NCBI RefSeq assembly: GCF_001194135.2
Contig: NC_068985.1
Coordinates: 29,353,657-29,417,656 of the forward strand
Direction: 5' to 3'
DNA from: Octopus bimaculoides
Taxonomy: Eukaryota
DNA length: 64,000 nt
How positions within the stretch are numbered: position 1 is the stretch's first letter; each line of letters starts with the position of its first letter. Shown here piece after piece: positions 25,329-37,859 of the stretch. Under the pieces are notes generated by a model. The model saw nothing but the letters and a program-made list of their open reading frames with translations, was not told the origin of the DNA and did not search any database. Position numbers and translations under genes: made by a program.

Positions 25329-27676
25329 AGGCTAAAGATAAAATTGTTCTAAATATTTTGTCATTGTATAGGTGTAGATGGTTAACTTTTAAATATATAA
25401 TTCACCATCCATTTCAATAGATTCTATACACAAGAGATTGTTACAACAATGGATGTATTATTTAGAAAATCACAAGAATTAGCTTTTAAGGCGAACATTT
25501 TGTAGTAAAATAGAAAGGAAAATGATGTTAGGAGATATCATTAGAGAAGAGAAGAAATTGAAAACTAAATTGAATGGAATGTAATAAAATCTCTAAAAAT
25601 TTATTTTTCAAAATTTGACATAGAATGATGGCAGAAAACCAGAAATTAATTATAAAATGGCAACAAGTTATTTTCCTTTCAGAAATTTGTTTGCATGTTT
25701 TTCTTTCTTTGACAGGCAATCAAATGAGAACTAGTATAGTTGCATTAAAGTGAACATAGCGGTGCAGGCATAGCCATATGTTTATGATCGCTAACAAACA
25801 TGGTTCTAAGTTCGATCTAACTGCAAAAGACTTTGGACAAGGGCCTTCTTACATTAGCCTTGTGAGCAAAGTTTTGTGAATGAAATCTGGTAGACAGAAA
25901 TTTTACAGAAGCTTATTGGATATATATATATGTATGTTGTAACTGGATGGATGCCAGAATTGATAGTATCAAGCAATGTACCTAGTGGTATTTAGTTACA
26001 TCCCTGCCCAGATCAACTTTGCTTTTCCTCTTTCCAAGATCAATAAAATAGGTACTAAACAAAATACTAGAATCAATGCAAAAAAACTAACCCTTTCAAT
26101 GTGGTTTCCTAGTATTCTTTTATATTGAATGTTTGCTTTTCTATGCTAATATGAATTAGACAAACATATTATTGAGGTGTTGTTTTACAGCTGAATGCCT
26201 TTCCTGTCATTAATCCTTACTTGTTTTTCAAGGGAGGGACTTCTTATTTCACACACTGCCAAAGACACAAAGTCAGTGGATGACTTTAATGACATCACCA
26301 CTAGGTCCAAGACATGCAAATGTAAAGAAACACACACACATACACTCACTTTATCATTATTATCATTGTTTTAATGTTTGATTGCATGGTGCAGACAAAT
26401 TTCATTGAAGAAAATTTTCTACAGCTGGATGCCCTTCCCATTGCTAACCCTCACTTATTCCCCAATGGCTGGAAATGTTTTCATGGAAGATTGGAAACGA
26501 GGGATTCCACTTGTGTAATGGTGACACTCATTTATAACTATCTTTTGATGCCAAAACAAGCAGACACATGCACACACAGATATATGAATGACAAATTTCT
26601 TTCTGTTTCCACCTACTAAATCTACTCACAAAGCTTTGTTCATCCTAGAGCTATAATAATAGACATTTTCCCAAGGTGCCATGCAGTGGGTCTGAACCTG
26701 AAAGCAGGTGGTAGTGAAGCAAACCACTTGAACTGACATCAAGAATGAAAACAAAGAATATGTTACAAACAATAAGAATTAGTACCAAGGTTTATGATAT
26801 TCCACATGACATGTTTAATGGCTCATATTTTGTTAAAACTGAAGTAAACCATTGCAAGCAAGAACCATTAATATTGTAATTGCACACGTCATCCATAATC
26901 TATGATTTACTGAATTAAATGCAGCAGCTGAATCAGCTGTAAGTGATACAAGCAGAGACCATCATATGCATCTTTGTAGATAATGTTACACAACCAAATC
27001 AGCAAATAAAAATCATTAACAACTGAGATAAGTGTCTAACCCTTACTGCAGGAGAACTGAGCATGTGCACTTGAAACATAGGAACTGAGTCAACACATTT
27101 TTGATGGTGGTGTACTTTCCAGATTTCTCCACATTTCATATGATATAGTACAAACATTTTATTTTATTTCAACAAATCAATACAGTACCTGCATGGTAGT
27201 ATGCAAAATTTTAATCAGTACAATGAGGGCGTATTTTTGCCAAAGAAAAACTCAGAGTAAGTTAACATCATGTGAAGAAGCACCCATTAGACTCCTGGAG
27301 TGGTTGGCATTAGGAAGGGCATCCAGCTGTAGAAACCAAGCCAAATCAGACTGGAGCCTGGTTCAGCTCTCCAGCTCATCAGCTCCAGTGAAACTGTCTA
27401 ACCCATGCCAGCATGGAGAGTGGACATTAAATGATGAATGATGAATTTGATGTCCAAGCAGGAATCTGTTAAGGCTCCCAATCTGAATCCTTAATTTGTC
27501 TCTGATCTAGATATCAAACAACAAATACCATCTGGCATTGCGAACACTACATTCCTGATAGACAGGTGCTGCCATCAGACATTTAATTGTCTGATTTTGA
27601 CATTTTTTTTTTAATCTATTGCTTCAAACAAATAAAAACGGTTAGATATATGTATAATATAAAGAACATTACTCAC

Positions 27677-27780
27677 CACAGTCTCCCATCTAAATATGTT
27701 TGCATAGAAGCAGACCCAGTTCTGAGAAATGAACATGCGACCATGCACAAGTATGTCTTTTTGAAGCGCACAAGAATAAT
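27677..27780 (-). CDS. GRAMD1B: GRAMD1/Aster-B-like coding exon, GRAM domain core: (D)YSCALQKDILVHGRMFISQNWVCFYANIFRWETV
   Basis: tttcag|AT...GTG|gtgagt. 104 nt, phase 1 to 0, completing GAT (Asp) with the previous exon. Carries the DYSCAL...GR..IS.NW.CFY.NIF.WET GRAM signature. Confidence 0.97.
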
Positions 27781-29109
27781 CTGAAACACAAAGCGGGTAA
27801 GGGATAAGGAAACCAAATGATATTTTAGTTGCAGGAGCAAAACAAAACAAAAAAAAAAACAAAAAAAAATAGAGATGCAGGAAAGATTAAATCACTACAA
27901 AGGAACAAAAGCACAAAAAGAATAAAAATACTCCTCTCCAACCCCTGTCTTTTTAATCAAAAGAGAAAGTTTTTGAGGGAAAAAAAAAATAAATACAAAT
28001 CATTTCTGCAAAAGGATTATGCATGTTTAAGGTGTAAGGAAACAACTGCATGGAGAACATGGCAGTTTCAAAACTGTAATGTTATTAAATTTTAATACAG
28101 TTTCCACAAAAGAGAAAAAAAAAAAAAAAATTAATTAGTATTTCTAAGGTACCATAGAGTTAATACAAATATATACACCAGTGGTCTTGACCTTTATAAA
28201 GCACTCAACATTTTATTGCAAGTCATCATTTCTATGTCAGCATCTATAATTAATTATCTTCAAAGCAATTACTAACAATTGTAGGAATACACCCACATAT
28301 TTCAATGACATATGCAGTAAGTCTTAATTTAAATGTGCAAAAAAAATATATTATTCTCGGCCTTGATTATCATCTATTAATTTGCTTTCAACCTTACTGC
28401 AAGCCTAGTGTTTATCATGTCCCTCTTCCCCTTTCTTGGCTATCATAAATTCTTTTCAGACATCACATCATCACATGATTTCCATATAAATGAGAGGTGG
28501 GTAAGGGACAATATACTTAAGTAAGGCTAAGTTATAGCTCTTTGTCAGAAAATGACATGTGGTGATAAAATTACATAGTTTTTGACCCTTCACAGAAACA
28601 AGAAAAGCAAAGACTGCATCTTAGTAAATGAAATACACAGAACCATTTTTAACCTAAGAAAAAATTGCAACACATGAAACAAAAGTGTAAATATCAAATG
28701 TTACACATTATACAAAATATTTTAGGTTCTTTTTTTTATATCTTTTCACGAAGCAAACTTTGATTTGATAGGAATACTCTGTTTATAATGATGTGACATA
28801 GTTTTATAACATTTGTGGCAGAGTGAAATTCTGAACATCGTGTGATAATAAGACTATTATGAATAGTCATACCATCAACATTATCATTATGCATCTGTTT
28901 TCCATGCTGATATGAGTTGGATGGTTGGACAGGATCAGACGAGTAGGAGAGTCACATCCTGCTCCAGTGTTTTAGTTTTGACGTAGATCCTACAACTTTC
29001 TTAACACCAACCATTTAACAGTAATACTTGCTGCATATTTTCATGATGGCCCTCAGCAAGACTAAACAGGCCCCTCCAGCCCAGTATTGTTGCTTCTCAG
29101 TTCACGCAC

Positions 29110-30050
29110 ATATATCAGGCCTCAAAATCAGAATTACTACTAATCCATCAAAGACAATTTTTTAGATATTTTTTCCCTAGACTGAAACTCCCCTTCTTAT
29201 AAACTGTATCAAAAGCCAAACAAGAAACTCTCTTACAAACATAAACAGTCCTGTCACTCCCTATATTGTTTAGAACCTGAGAGCTAACATTAGCAATAGC
29301 ATACCAAATCTCTTTTTTTCTAAAGAAATATTGGTTAAGGCGCGGGAGTGGCTGTGTGGTGTGTAGCTTGCTTACCAACCACATGGTTCTGGGTTCATTC
29401 CCACTGCGTGGCACCTTAGGAAAGTGTCATCTACCATAGCCTCGGGCTGACCAAAGCCTTGTGAGTGGATTTGGTAGACGGAAACTGAAAGAAGCCCGTC
29501 GTATATATGTATATATATATGTATATGTGTGTGTATATGTTTGTGTCTGTGTTTGTCCCTCCAACATCGCTTGACAACCGATGGTGGTGTGTTTATGTCC
29601 CCGTAACTTAGCGGTTCAGCAAAAGAGGCCGATAGAATAAGTACTAGGCTTCCAAAGAATAAGACCTGCCTGGGTCAATTTGCTCAACTGAAGGCGGTGC
29701 TCCAGCATGGCCTCAGTCAAATGACTGAAACAAGTAAAAGAGTAAAAGAGTAAGGTGGTCTACCTACAATAACAATGCCTTGGCTAACAGTGACTTCAAG
29801 GATAAGATATATTACAACCCTTCAAGTAAAAATATGAATCATAAAAATAGACCAAGGAAAATAATTTGTTTTGCTCCTCTTTTCACCCTACATGTTAAGA
29901 TTAAGAAAGGCATGAAATTACTGTCTCTTTTATATAATCATTTCTCAATAAATCACAAATACAACAAGATTTTTAATAGATGCTCAATTATAATATCATA
30001 CAGCTGTTGCCCCAATATGAAGAACATTATAACTTGCAAACATCACCAAG
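29110..30050 (+). mobile_element. Penelope-like element RT C-terminal fossil, interrupted by the family A SINE
   Basis: Left part gives GLKIRITTN...YQKPNKKLSYKHKQS. Right part gives TYNNNALANSDFKDKI..KNRPRKIICFAPLFT..KYNKIFNR..ISYSCCPNMKNII, resembling the PLE motif RNIIWFNPPY..KIFN..K.SYSC.PNM. Confidence 0.8.
29339..29753 (+). mobile_element. tRNA-derived SINE, family A (ggcgcaggagtggctgtgtgg head; gtaaaagag tail)
   Basis: Pol III A/B-box-like head, ccttgggcaag-type core, internal (TA)/(TG) tract, (gtaaaaga)n tail. Six or more copies in the window. Confidence 0.9.
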
Positions 30051-30199
30051 TTGTACCTGGCTGTCTGCCAAATTTCAAAACAAGTAGGCATCTGTAAAAG
30101 TTTGTGCCATAAATTCTAAAAGAAAAATCGAAAATACATTTTGTTGCCACAAAATTTGTGCTGTATATGCTGAAAGATGAATGAAAATAGGAATAAGTG

Positions 30200-30793
30200 A
30201 TCATCAGTCAGGTGTTGTTTGATTAATTATCTGAATACTGATAAAAACTCTCTAAAAATGGGTGTAACACTTTGATGCTGAAACAAAAAGACCATCACCA
30301 CTGTGGGTTGGATCATGGTTGCTACAAAATAATAATAATTAAAAAAAGCCTATCAGACACACTCAAATGTGATAGTGATGTTGATCATCTTATCTGATTA
30401 AAAGGGTTTCGTCTATATTGAATTTGCTCTATGTGGTCAAACAATCAATAAAGAGTTTTACTTGGGGGTCTTGGAGTGTTTCAAAGAAGCAGTGTGAAGG
30501 AAGTGGCAAGAGTCACAAATGTAATAAAACCTAAATACTGTACATAACAATGCACCTGCTTATCTTAACCACAACTTTTGGCAAAACACAAGATGATTCT
30601 TGTCTTCCAGTTGCCCTACTCAACAAATTTGACACCTGCAGTTTTTTTGTTTTTTATGTTTTTAGCTCTCAAAGAACTTCTTGAAATCAGCTGAGAACAG
30701 TTGTTGACATCAGACATTCGAGATCGATGAAAATTAAATTCACTACAAGAACTGCACACTTCTTGCAAGCACATGTTCCAGAACGCATTTCAG
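30200..30793 (+). mobile_element. mariner transposase fossil (DD34D-type catalytic region)
   Basis: FDAETKRPSPLWVG, VMLIILSD*KGFVYIEFALCGQTINKEFYLGVL, HNNAPAY and LPYSTNLTP match mariner YDPETK, F.P.G.T.N..FY, HDNAPAH and PYSPDLAP. Confidence 0.88.
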
Positions 30794-32939
30794 NNNNNNN
30801 NNNNNNNNNNNNNNNNNNNNNNNNNNNNNNNNNNNNNNNNNNNNNNNNNNNNNNNNNNNNNNNNNNNNNNNNNNNNNNNNNNNNNNNNNNNNNNNNGGGG
30901 GGGGGGGAGAGTGTTGAGAACAATGTATCAACAGGGGAGGGAACTATTTTGAAGGTGATGAGTTAATTAAACAATAACTTCCATTTTTTTTTTCTTAACA
31001 AAGAAAAAAAAAAGACGAGTTTTGTTTTGTACAGATCTTGTTACATATAACAGACACAACATCCAAGTTGAAACTATCTGTAACAAATAAACAATTGCTA
31101 CTTTTTCAATTCTGAACTGATGATATCTTACAAAGGAAAACAATAATTGCTTTTTTTGTTTGGTGTCTTATTGCGCTTGCTTTAAATGACATCGTTTACT
31201 GTGCTTTTCACAAATAAACATCTAATGTCTCAATTTATTGAAAAATATTCAACAAAATGAAATGACTTATCTCATGGACAGATTTTATCTAACTCAAAAT
31301 TCTATAAGTATCTGCAACTATCACCAAGTCCTAAACCATGTGTAACTTAAATTCAAATAGTGCTGTTGTTTGGAACTAAAAACTGGATCTAAGCACCCTT
31401 TGGGACAACAAAGTTTAGCCTCATTTTAGAAAGAACTTCTTGTCAAAAGAATTTTTTGCTTGCACCATGTATGTTTAGTTATTTTAATTTTTGTGTGTTA
31501 TTTATTTTATTTTTGTGTGTTTTTTTCTCAAATGAATTTCTCCAAATTTTTTCTTCCTTCAATTTTGGTGCATAATAGCAGTTAATACAACAAGCAGCGA
31601 GTTAGAATTTGGTGATATTATTTAGTAATGATTTTATTATTATTTATTATTTTATTATTATTTATTATTTTATAATTATTTATTCAATTAGAGAAAGAAA
31701 TATTTCAGTATCATCAATAACACCAGTGATATCAATTCTGAGCAGGAGTGGAGTTATTACATAGTTAATATTGCATCAATGCTTTCATTTGTGCATAGTA
31801 ATGACTTAACAAAAGAAATCATTTATTTACCAAAATATTTTAAAAGTAAGATCACAGAATATTGGTAGGTTTACAAGAAGAGCATAATTATTCTAAGAAT
31901 AAATTACAAAAACTTGTTGGGCCTTACAGAACCGTTGACTGTAAGAGATTAAGGCATATCTTGGAATACTTTTTTCTAATGGGAGTTGTATAGCTTCCAG
32001 CTTACAGAAACTAACTGGAGCAGAAATCCAGCTGAGACAGGAAATCAATATTTTGTAAACATGTGAAAAGACCAACAAGTAATTAATTTGCCTGTATGCA
32101 ATCTACCTGGGCAGTTGAAAGTTGTATGATAACAGGTAAAAACTACACTTATAATGTACTGACAATCAACATACTGCATCAGTAAATTTCATCCAAATTC
32201 ATACTATAGTTATATTTTTATGATTTTTAAACTGGACTAAAACTATTTCATTAAAATTCCTAGTTTCAAACAGGTTGGAAAGTTTATATACATGAAAGCA
32301 CTTCAGGACTTTTAAGAGTCAAACGTAGTCAAGGGTACAGATAATCCAAGAGAAGAATAACCGAAAAATAAGATTAAAAAAATAAAGAAACAGGTTGCAG
32401 AGAAAATCTGTACAAAATGTAGGCATGACTGCAATGAGAGGCTACTGTAATTAATCATGGCCCTAATTAAGAATATGCATCTAAAACATAACTATATACA
32501 CAGTTTGTACTGTGAATCCAACTTGACAAGGATATTTAAGACTGCTTTTTGATAAAATCTTTGGTCCCGAATCTTTCCTCAATTACTTAATTGTGTTCTT
32601 TGTGTTTTTTATAGAGGGACATCTTTTAAGTTGAGATATTGATGGTCAGTGGATAGCAGCTATGATAGAGACTGCTGTGACTTATACAGGAAGAAACTTG
32701 AGAGCACTGTTATTCACCTTGGAAACTGTAATATAGAAGATTTAATATCAAGGTGGCTAAAGTACAGAACAATCTTGTAGATTACAAATACTGAATACAG
32801 TTGCAATATCTTGACAGGAAAATAGAATACATTACTGAAATCCACAACATAACACTAATTGATATTGAAAACTAAATTGTCTCCATGAGAGTGGAATCTC
32901 TCATATCAATTGTTCTGAAGTTGATGGTTTAACAGCAGA

Positions 32940-33210
32940 ACTATTAAAAGAAACTTCCTATAATACAAAAGACTTCTCAAGACACGTTAGCAAAAATGAA
33001 ACTAAATTGCTGTCTGAACAAAAGTTATTTTACAATGCCATACTTGAGAGGCTTTTGTTTCTTGATGTTCCAGCAAAGAATTGGCAAAACATTTGTCATT
33101 AAACTGCTGTTTGCCACATGGAAACAACAGAAAGAAAAATAACTTTGACTGATGCTACTTCAGGTATTATTGCTACTTTACTTCCAGAAAGAACAGCCCA
33201 TTCTAATTTA
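32940..33210 (+). mobile_element. Helitron PIF1-family helicase fossil (motifs I and Ia)
   Basis: EQKLFYNAIL..LFLDVP..GKTFVIKLLFATWKQQ, a frameshift, then ATSGIIATLLPERTAHS. Compare Helitron FFLDAPGGTGKTF..ASSGIAATLL.GGRTAHS. Confidence 0.82.
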
Positions 33211-34659
33211 CTCTGCTATTCACAAAAGGATTCTCTTTGCAAGGGAAAAGTAGATGGTATGATGCTTCTGTTTGAGATGAGGTACAGTACAATAGAGAAA
33301 ATATGAGCAGTGAATACACAGAAATTGCAAAGGTTGGGGTAAAAAATGAGGCATGCATGCTCTATTGGATATGTAATGTTAATATTCATGAATGACCAAG
33401 CACAAATGAACTGAGAGAAAAACTGGATACAAGTGGAGTCAGATATGGCATGCAGGAAAGGGAACTGTGCTGAAACAGATGTGTAATATGTATGAATGAT
33501 GACAGTTTGTTCAAGAAGTGTCAAGTAACCTATGCGGAAAGAATCTGTGGAAAAAAGAAGACAGAGGAAGACATGAGAAAAAAGTGGTGAGGGATGACCT
33601 CAGGAGGCTGAACCTTACCACAGAGATAGCAAAGGACTTCAACAAGGGGCAAGGAGACCAGTCGACTCATATAAGCATGGAAAAATATACAAAAAATTAT
33701 GATATACACATATATGTGTATATCATTCTTTTTACTTTTACTTAATGTGTTGTTACTTGCAAATTGATTTTACAAAGTAACGAGAACTTGATACCTTAAG
33801 TAAGGGAAATGAGTTTTATTTATTTATTTGAGCAGTTTTACATCTAATTAATTCAGAATTTAGAAGTAGTAAAAAGAAATCTGACACAGTTGGCTTATAC
33901 TGTACTAAAAGGATGTTGTGTGGTGAGTTTCTTGTTACCTACATCCCAGATAGCAGTTGACAAACTTGTGATGCAGTAACAATCTACATCCAGCATCTGA
34001 ATCTTGTTCAAATGTCCTATTGCAGTTTTCAAAATAAATTTAATCTGATGGTGAAACTTGCTAGTCAAACTGTTATTTTATTAATTAAAATATTTGTCAT
34101 CTTTGATGAGAGGTTACAAATAGTTTAGCCATTAATGTATTTACAACTATATACTAAAATTAGTCTTGATGTTTGAGAATTGGTGTTACTCTCCTTTAAT
34201 TGTCATACATATCTTGATAAATCAGGTTCATTCCTCTTATTTGCATATTCATAAGTGGGTTTGTGATTTGTGCAAGGACTCTTGAAGGATCCTTCACACA
34301 TGACAATGTAGTATTTAGTACACAACAGATTGTGAAAGAGAGAACAGGATGTTCAGCTGGTAAATTATCATTTCTGCATTACATTTATGATTCTGGACAC
34401 ATAACACACCAAATTTACAAAGCAAAGTTCCAATTTAATTGGAAGGTGTAGGGCCATTTGCATGATCACTTAACTGCATATTACTGATGTACAGTTAGTG
34501 CATGCATACTGAAGTAGAGAGAGAGGGAGCATACTTTCTGTTATATAAAATACAATGAGAAATAGGTTTTTGCACATTTGTACATTCATTGGTTTCTTGT
34601 CCATTTGCCTATCAGTATATTCATTTGATTTTGCTCATTTGACAGTGAAAGAGACCCTA

Positions 34660-35060
34660 GATTGTCAATTTTGAGAGATGAGACGTGGGAATCAAGGTTT
34701 TCAATTTTGGTCTTTGGGGTGGGAGAACACAATTTATCAAATTTGGTGTCAGTGTGGCACATCTTCTAAGGTGTCAATTCTGTAGAGGAAGGAATCCTAG
34801 GCTGACAGTCTTTTTTGGTGGAGATCCTAGGTTAAGAAATGAGGAATTCTAAAATGTCAATTTCAGTAAAGGAGGGGATCTTAGGTTACCAATTTCAGTG
34901 AAGATGTTAGCACAACCTGGCTTATCAATCTTGGTGGCAAGGATGAGAAATCCTACATTGTCAGTTTTGGTTGAGTGGGTAGGAGATCACAGATGGTACA
35001 TTTTGATGGACAAAGTGGAAGATCCAAGATGGCCCATTTTGATGGTGAAAGTAGAAGTGT
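34660..35060 (+). repeat. Degenerate minisatellite, about 12 units of 30-36 bp
   Basis: A core resembling GATCCTAGGTTGTCAATTTTGGTG recurs at roughly 33-bp spacing. Confidence 0.65.
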
Positions 35061-35192
35061 GGCAAACATTCTTTAGGAGGGATTTTTGCCTAACATGCAA
35101 ATATTCTCGCAATTCCAGAGAGAAATTTTGCCTGCTGCACTAATTGTTTACAAATTTCATTGAACTAAATATGGGAAAATTTTTCTAAATAC

Positions 35193-35228
<36 letters not shown>

Positions 35229-35680
35229 NNNNNNNNNNNNNNNNNNNNNNNNNNNNNNNNNNNNNNNNNNNNNNNNNNNNNNNNNNNNNNNNNNNNNNNN
35301 NNNNNNNNNNNNNNNNNNNNNNNNNNNNNNNNNNNNNNNNNNNNNNNNNNNNNNNNNNNNNNNNNNNNNNNNNNNNNNNNNNNNNNNNNNNNNNNNNNNN
35401 NNNNNNNNNNNNNNNNNNNNNNNNNNNNNNNNNNNNNNNNNNNNNNNNNNNNNNNNNNNNNNNNNNNNNNNNNNNNNNNNNNNNNNNNNNNNNNNNNNNN
35501 NNNNNNNNNNNNNNNNNNNNNNNNNNNNNNNNNNNNNNNNNNNNNNNNNNNNNNNNNNNNNNNNNNNNNNNNNNNNNNNNNNNNNNNNNNNNNNNNNNNN
35601 NNNNNNNNNNNNNNNNNNNNNNNNNNNNNNNNNNNNNNNNNNNNNNNNNNNNNNNNNNNNNNNNNNNNNNNNNNNNNNNT
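35229..35680. other. Assembly gap (N run)
   Basis: Other gaps: 457-558, 19127-19146, 20477-20489, 30794-30896, 57507-57703, 60947-61620. Most abut microsatellites or homopolymers. Confidence 0.99.
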
Positions 35681-35704
35681 ATATATATATATATATACAC
35701 ACAC

Positions 35705-35752
<48 letters not shown>

Positions 35753-36774
35753 TCCCCCTCCCTCTCTATCTATATGACTTCTCCCTCTGTCTACCACAAT
35801 CTCTCTTACCTACTCATTCATTGACTTCTTGCTTCAAGGGAAAAAAACACACTACTGTCATTCTTTTTCATCATTGATTATCATTATCAATGCAAGCTAA
35901 GTAAATATTCTGATTTGCTAAGTCAGTTGTTGTAACTAACCAATTAGCCCTTTCAACTATCTTCTGCCTCTACTTTAGTTCTCTTTGATTCACACCAAAG
36001 TACTTTTTGCTCCCAAACTTTATTCCCATGAACTAAATAAAATCTAATTTCTTCAAAGAAATTTTCACTGTGGCAATTTATTCTCCACTATAACCCAGTG
36101 TATGCTTTCTCTTCAATCTCAGTCTCTTTCCCCGTTCTCCTTCACCCTCTCCCATCTCTACCTTCCAATATCTTTCCCACTCGTACACTTTCATTGCTTC
36201 AAGGAAACAACATGCTGCTATCAGTTTTGTTGTTCATTATCATTATTAATGCAATGCAAGCTAAGTGAAAATTACAATCCACATGTTGTCTTATGACTGC
36301 TATTTTAAGCTCTCTTCAATACACACTCAAATTTTAACCATAGTTTCTTCTTACTGATCTGCTCACCTGTCCTACCCTACTATCATGCTCTCCCTTGGCA
36401 ACTAGCGCTACAAAAGTAACTTCATTCTGATATCCCTTACACAATCTCTTCATTGACATACAAGTACGAAGTTCCTATATGCATGCACCCATGCACATGA
36501 ACCCTCTCTCCACATGTACTGAAACATTGCCACATATCCCTATAGCTATGTGTGTGCACATGTGTAGTACATACGTTTATGCCATATATATAGGTAATCT
36601 TCATCATCATCATCTATTAACATTTTCTTACCATCTTGGTGTGGGTAGGACAATTTGTCAGGGAACCAGAAAGCTGTAGGACTGCATCAAGTTCCAATGT
36701 CATTTTTGGCATGGTTTCTACAGCTGGATGCCCTTCCTAATGCCAACCACTTAACAGAAGATATTTATTCTTAA

Positions 36775-37008
36775 GGTGGCAAGCTGCAGAAACGTTAGCA
36801 CGCCAGGCAAAATGCTTAGCAGTATTTCGTCTGCCGTTACATTCTGAGTTCAAATTCCGCCGAGGTCAACTTTGCCTTTCATCCTCTCGGGGTCGATAAA
36901 TTAAGTACCAGTTACGCACTGGGGTCGATGTAATCGACTTAATCCCTTTGTCTGTCCTTGTTTGTCCCCTCTATGTTTAGCCCTTTGTGAGCAATAAAGA
37001 AATAAGAA
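36775..37008 (+). mobile_element. SINE family B
   Basis: ggtggcaagctgcagaaacgttagcacgcc...gagttcaaattcc (B box)...aaagaaataag. Reverse-complement homolog of 11753-11985. Confidence 0.88.
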
Positions 37009-37859
37009 TATATTGGATGTTTTTCTTTTTGATGTCACTGGCACTACCACTTTGTAGAGTGTACTGAGTGCTTTTCCCATGCCACTGGCACTAGTGAGGT
37101 TGCCATGTAACTTGCAATACAGAAAAGATCAGAAGAGAAGAAAGAAAGGAAGGAAAAAGCTTCCACTACTAAGAATTATTTGGGAGATAAACTGTATGCC
37201 AGGTGTTGAAAGGCTGAAGTACAATAGACAAGCACAGGTGTCTTGATATAGAGGAGATATATGGCTGAAGGAGACGAGAGGAGGGTGGTGATGGGATACT
37301 AGAGTAAACTCACAAGGAACAAGTTAAGTGAACATAAGACAAGATGAGGATGGTGGATCATAGGTGGGAATATGATAGTGGATGCTTTCATAAGAGTGTC
37401 GGAGTGGGAGTAAACAGGTGTGGGTAGAGCTTAGTGTAGTGAGTGAAAAACAAGGATGGGGGTTCAGATGATGGGAAATACCTGTGTACTGAGGGGTGGA
37501 GGAGGGAGATATAGGAGTGACTCAGAAAGTAATAGAATGATGTGCAAGGTGTAGGTGTTGTGGAGGGGGAGAGATAGGGATACATAAGAAGCTATAGTAG
37601 GTAGGTTATGATGGTAGAGGGTATTGAGGATGATAGCAGATAAGAGAGGTATTTAGAATGGAGTATTGCAGAGGGGAAAAAGAGCAGTAGCTGATGGCTA
37701 CTGATTGATTGAAATGGTGTGGGTAAGAATGATGAAGAATGGAAGTGGTTCATGAAGTGGGGTGGGATGATTTTAATGAACATGTTGGACAATACCAGAA
37801 TCACTTCCCTGACATTCAAGGAGTTTATGAGTATGGTACATAAGATGAGCAGGGATCAA

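Noticed and set aside
34660-35060. CRISPR-like repeat-spacer pattern
   Set aside because: Eukaryotic context, degenerate repeats, no unique spacers of constant length and no cas genes.
35157-35877. Long ORFs in the supplied track at 35.2-35.9 kb, 57.3-58.0 kb and 60.9-61.8 kb
   Set aside because: They are artefacts of N runs and dinucleotide repeats.
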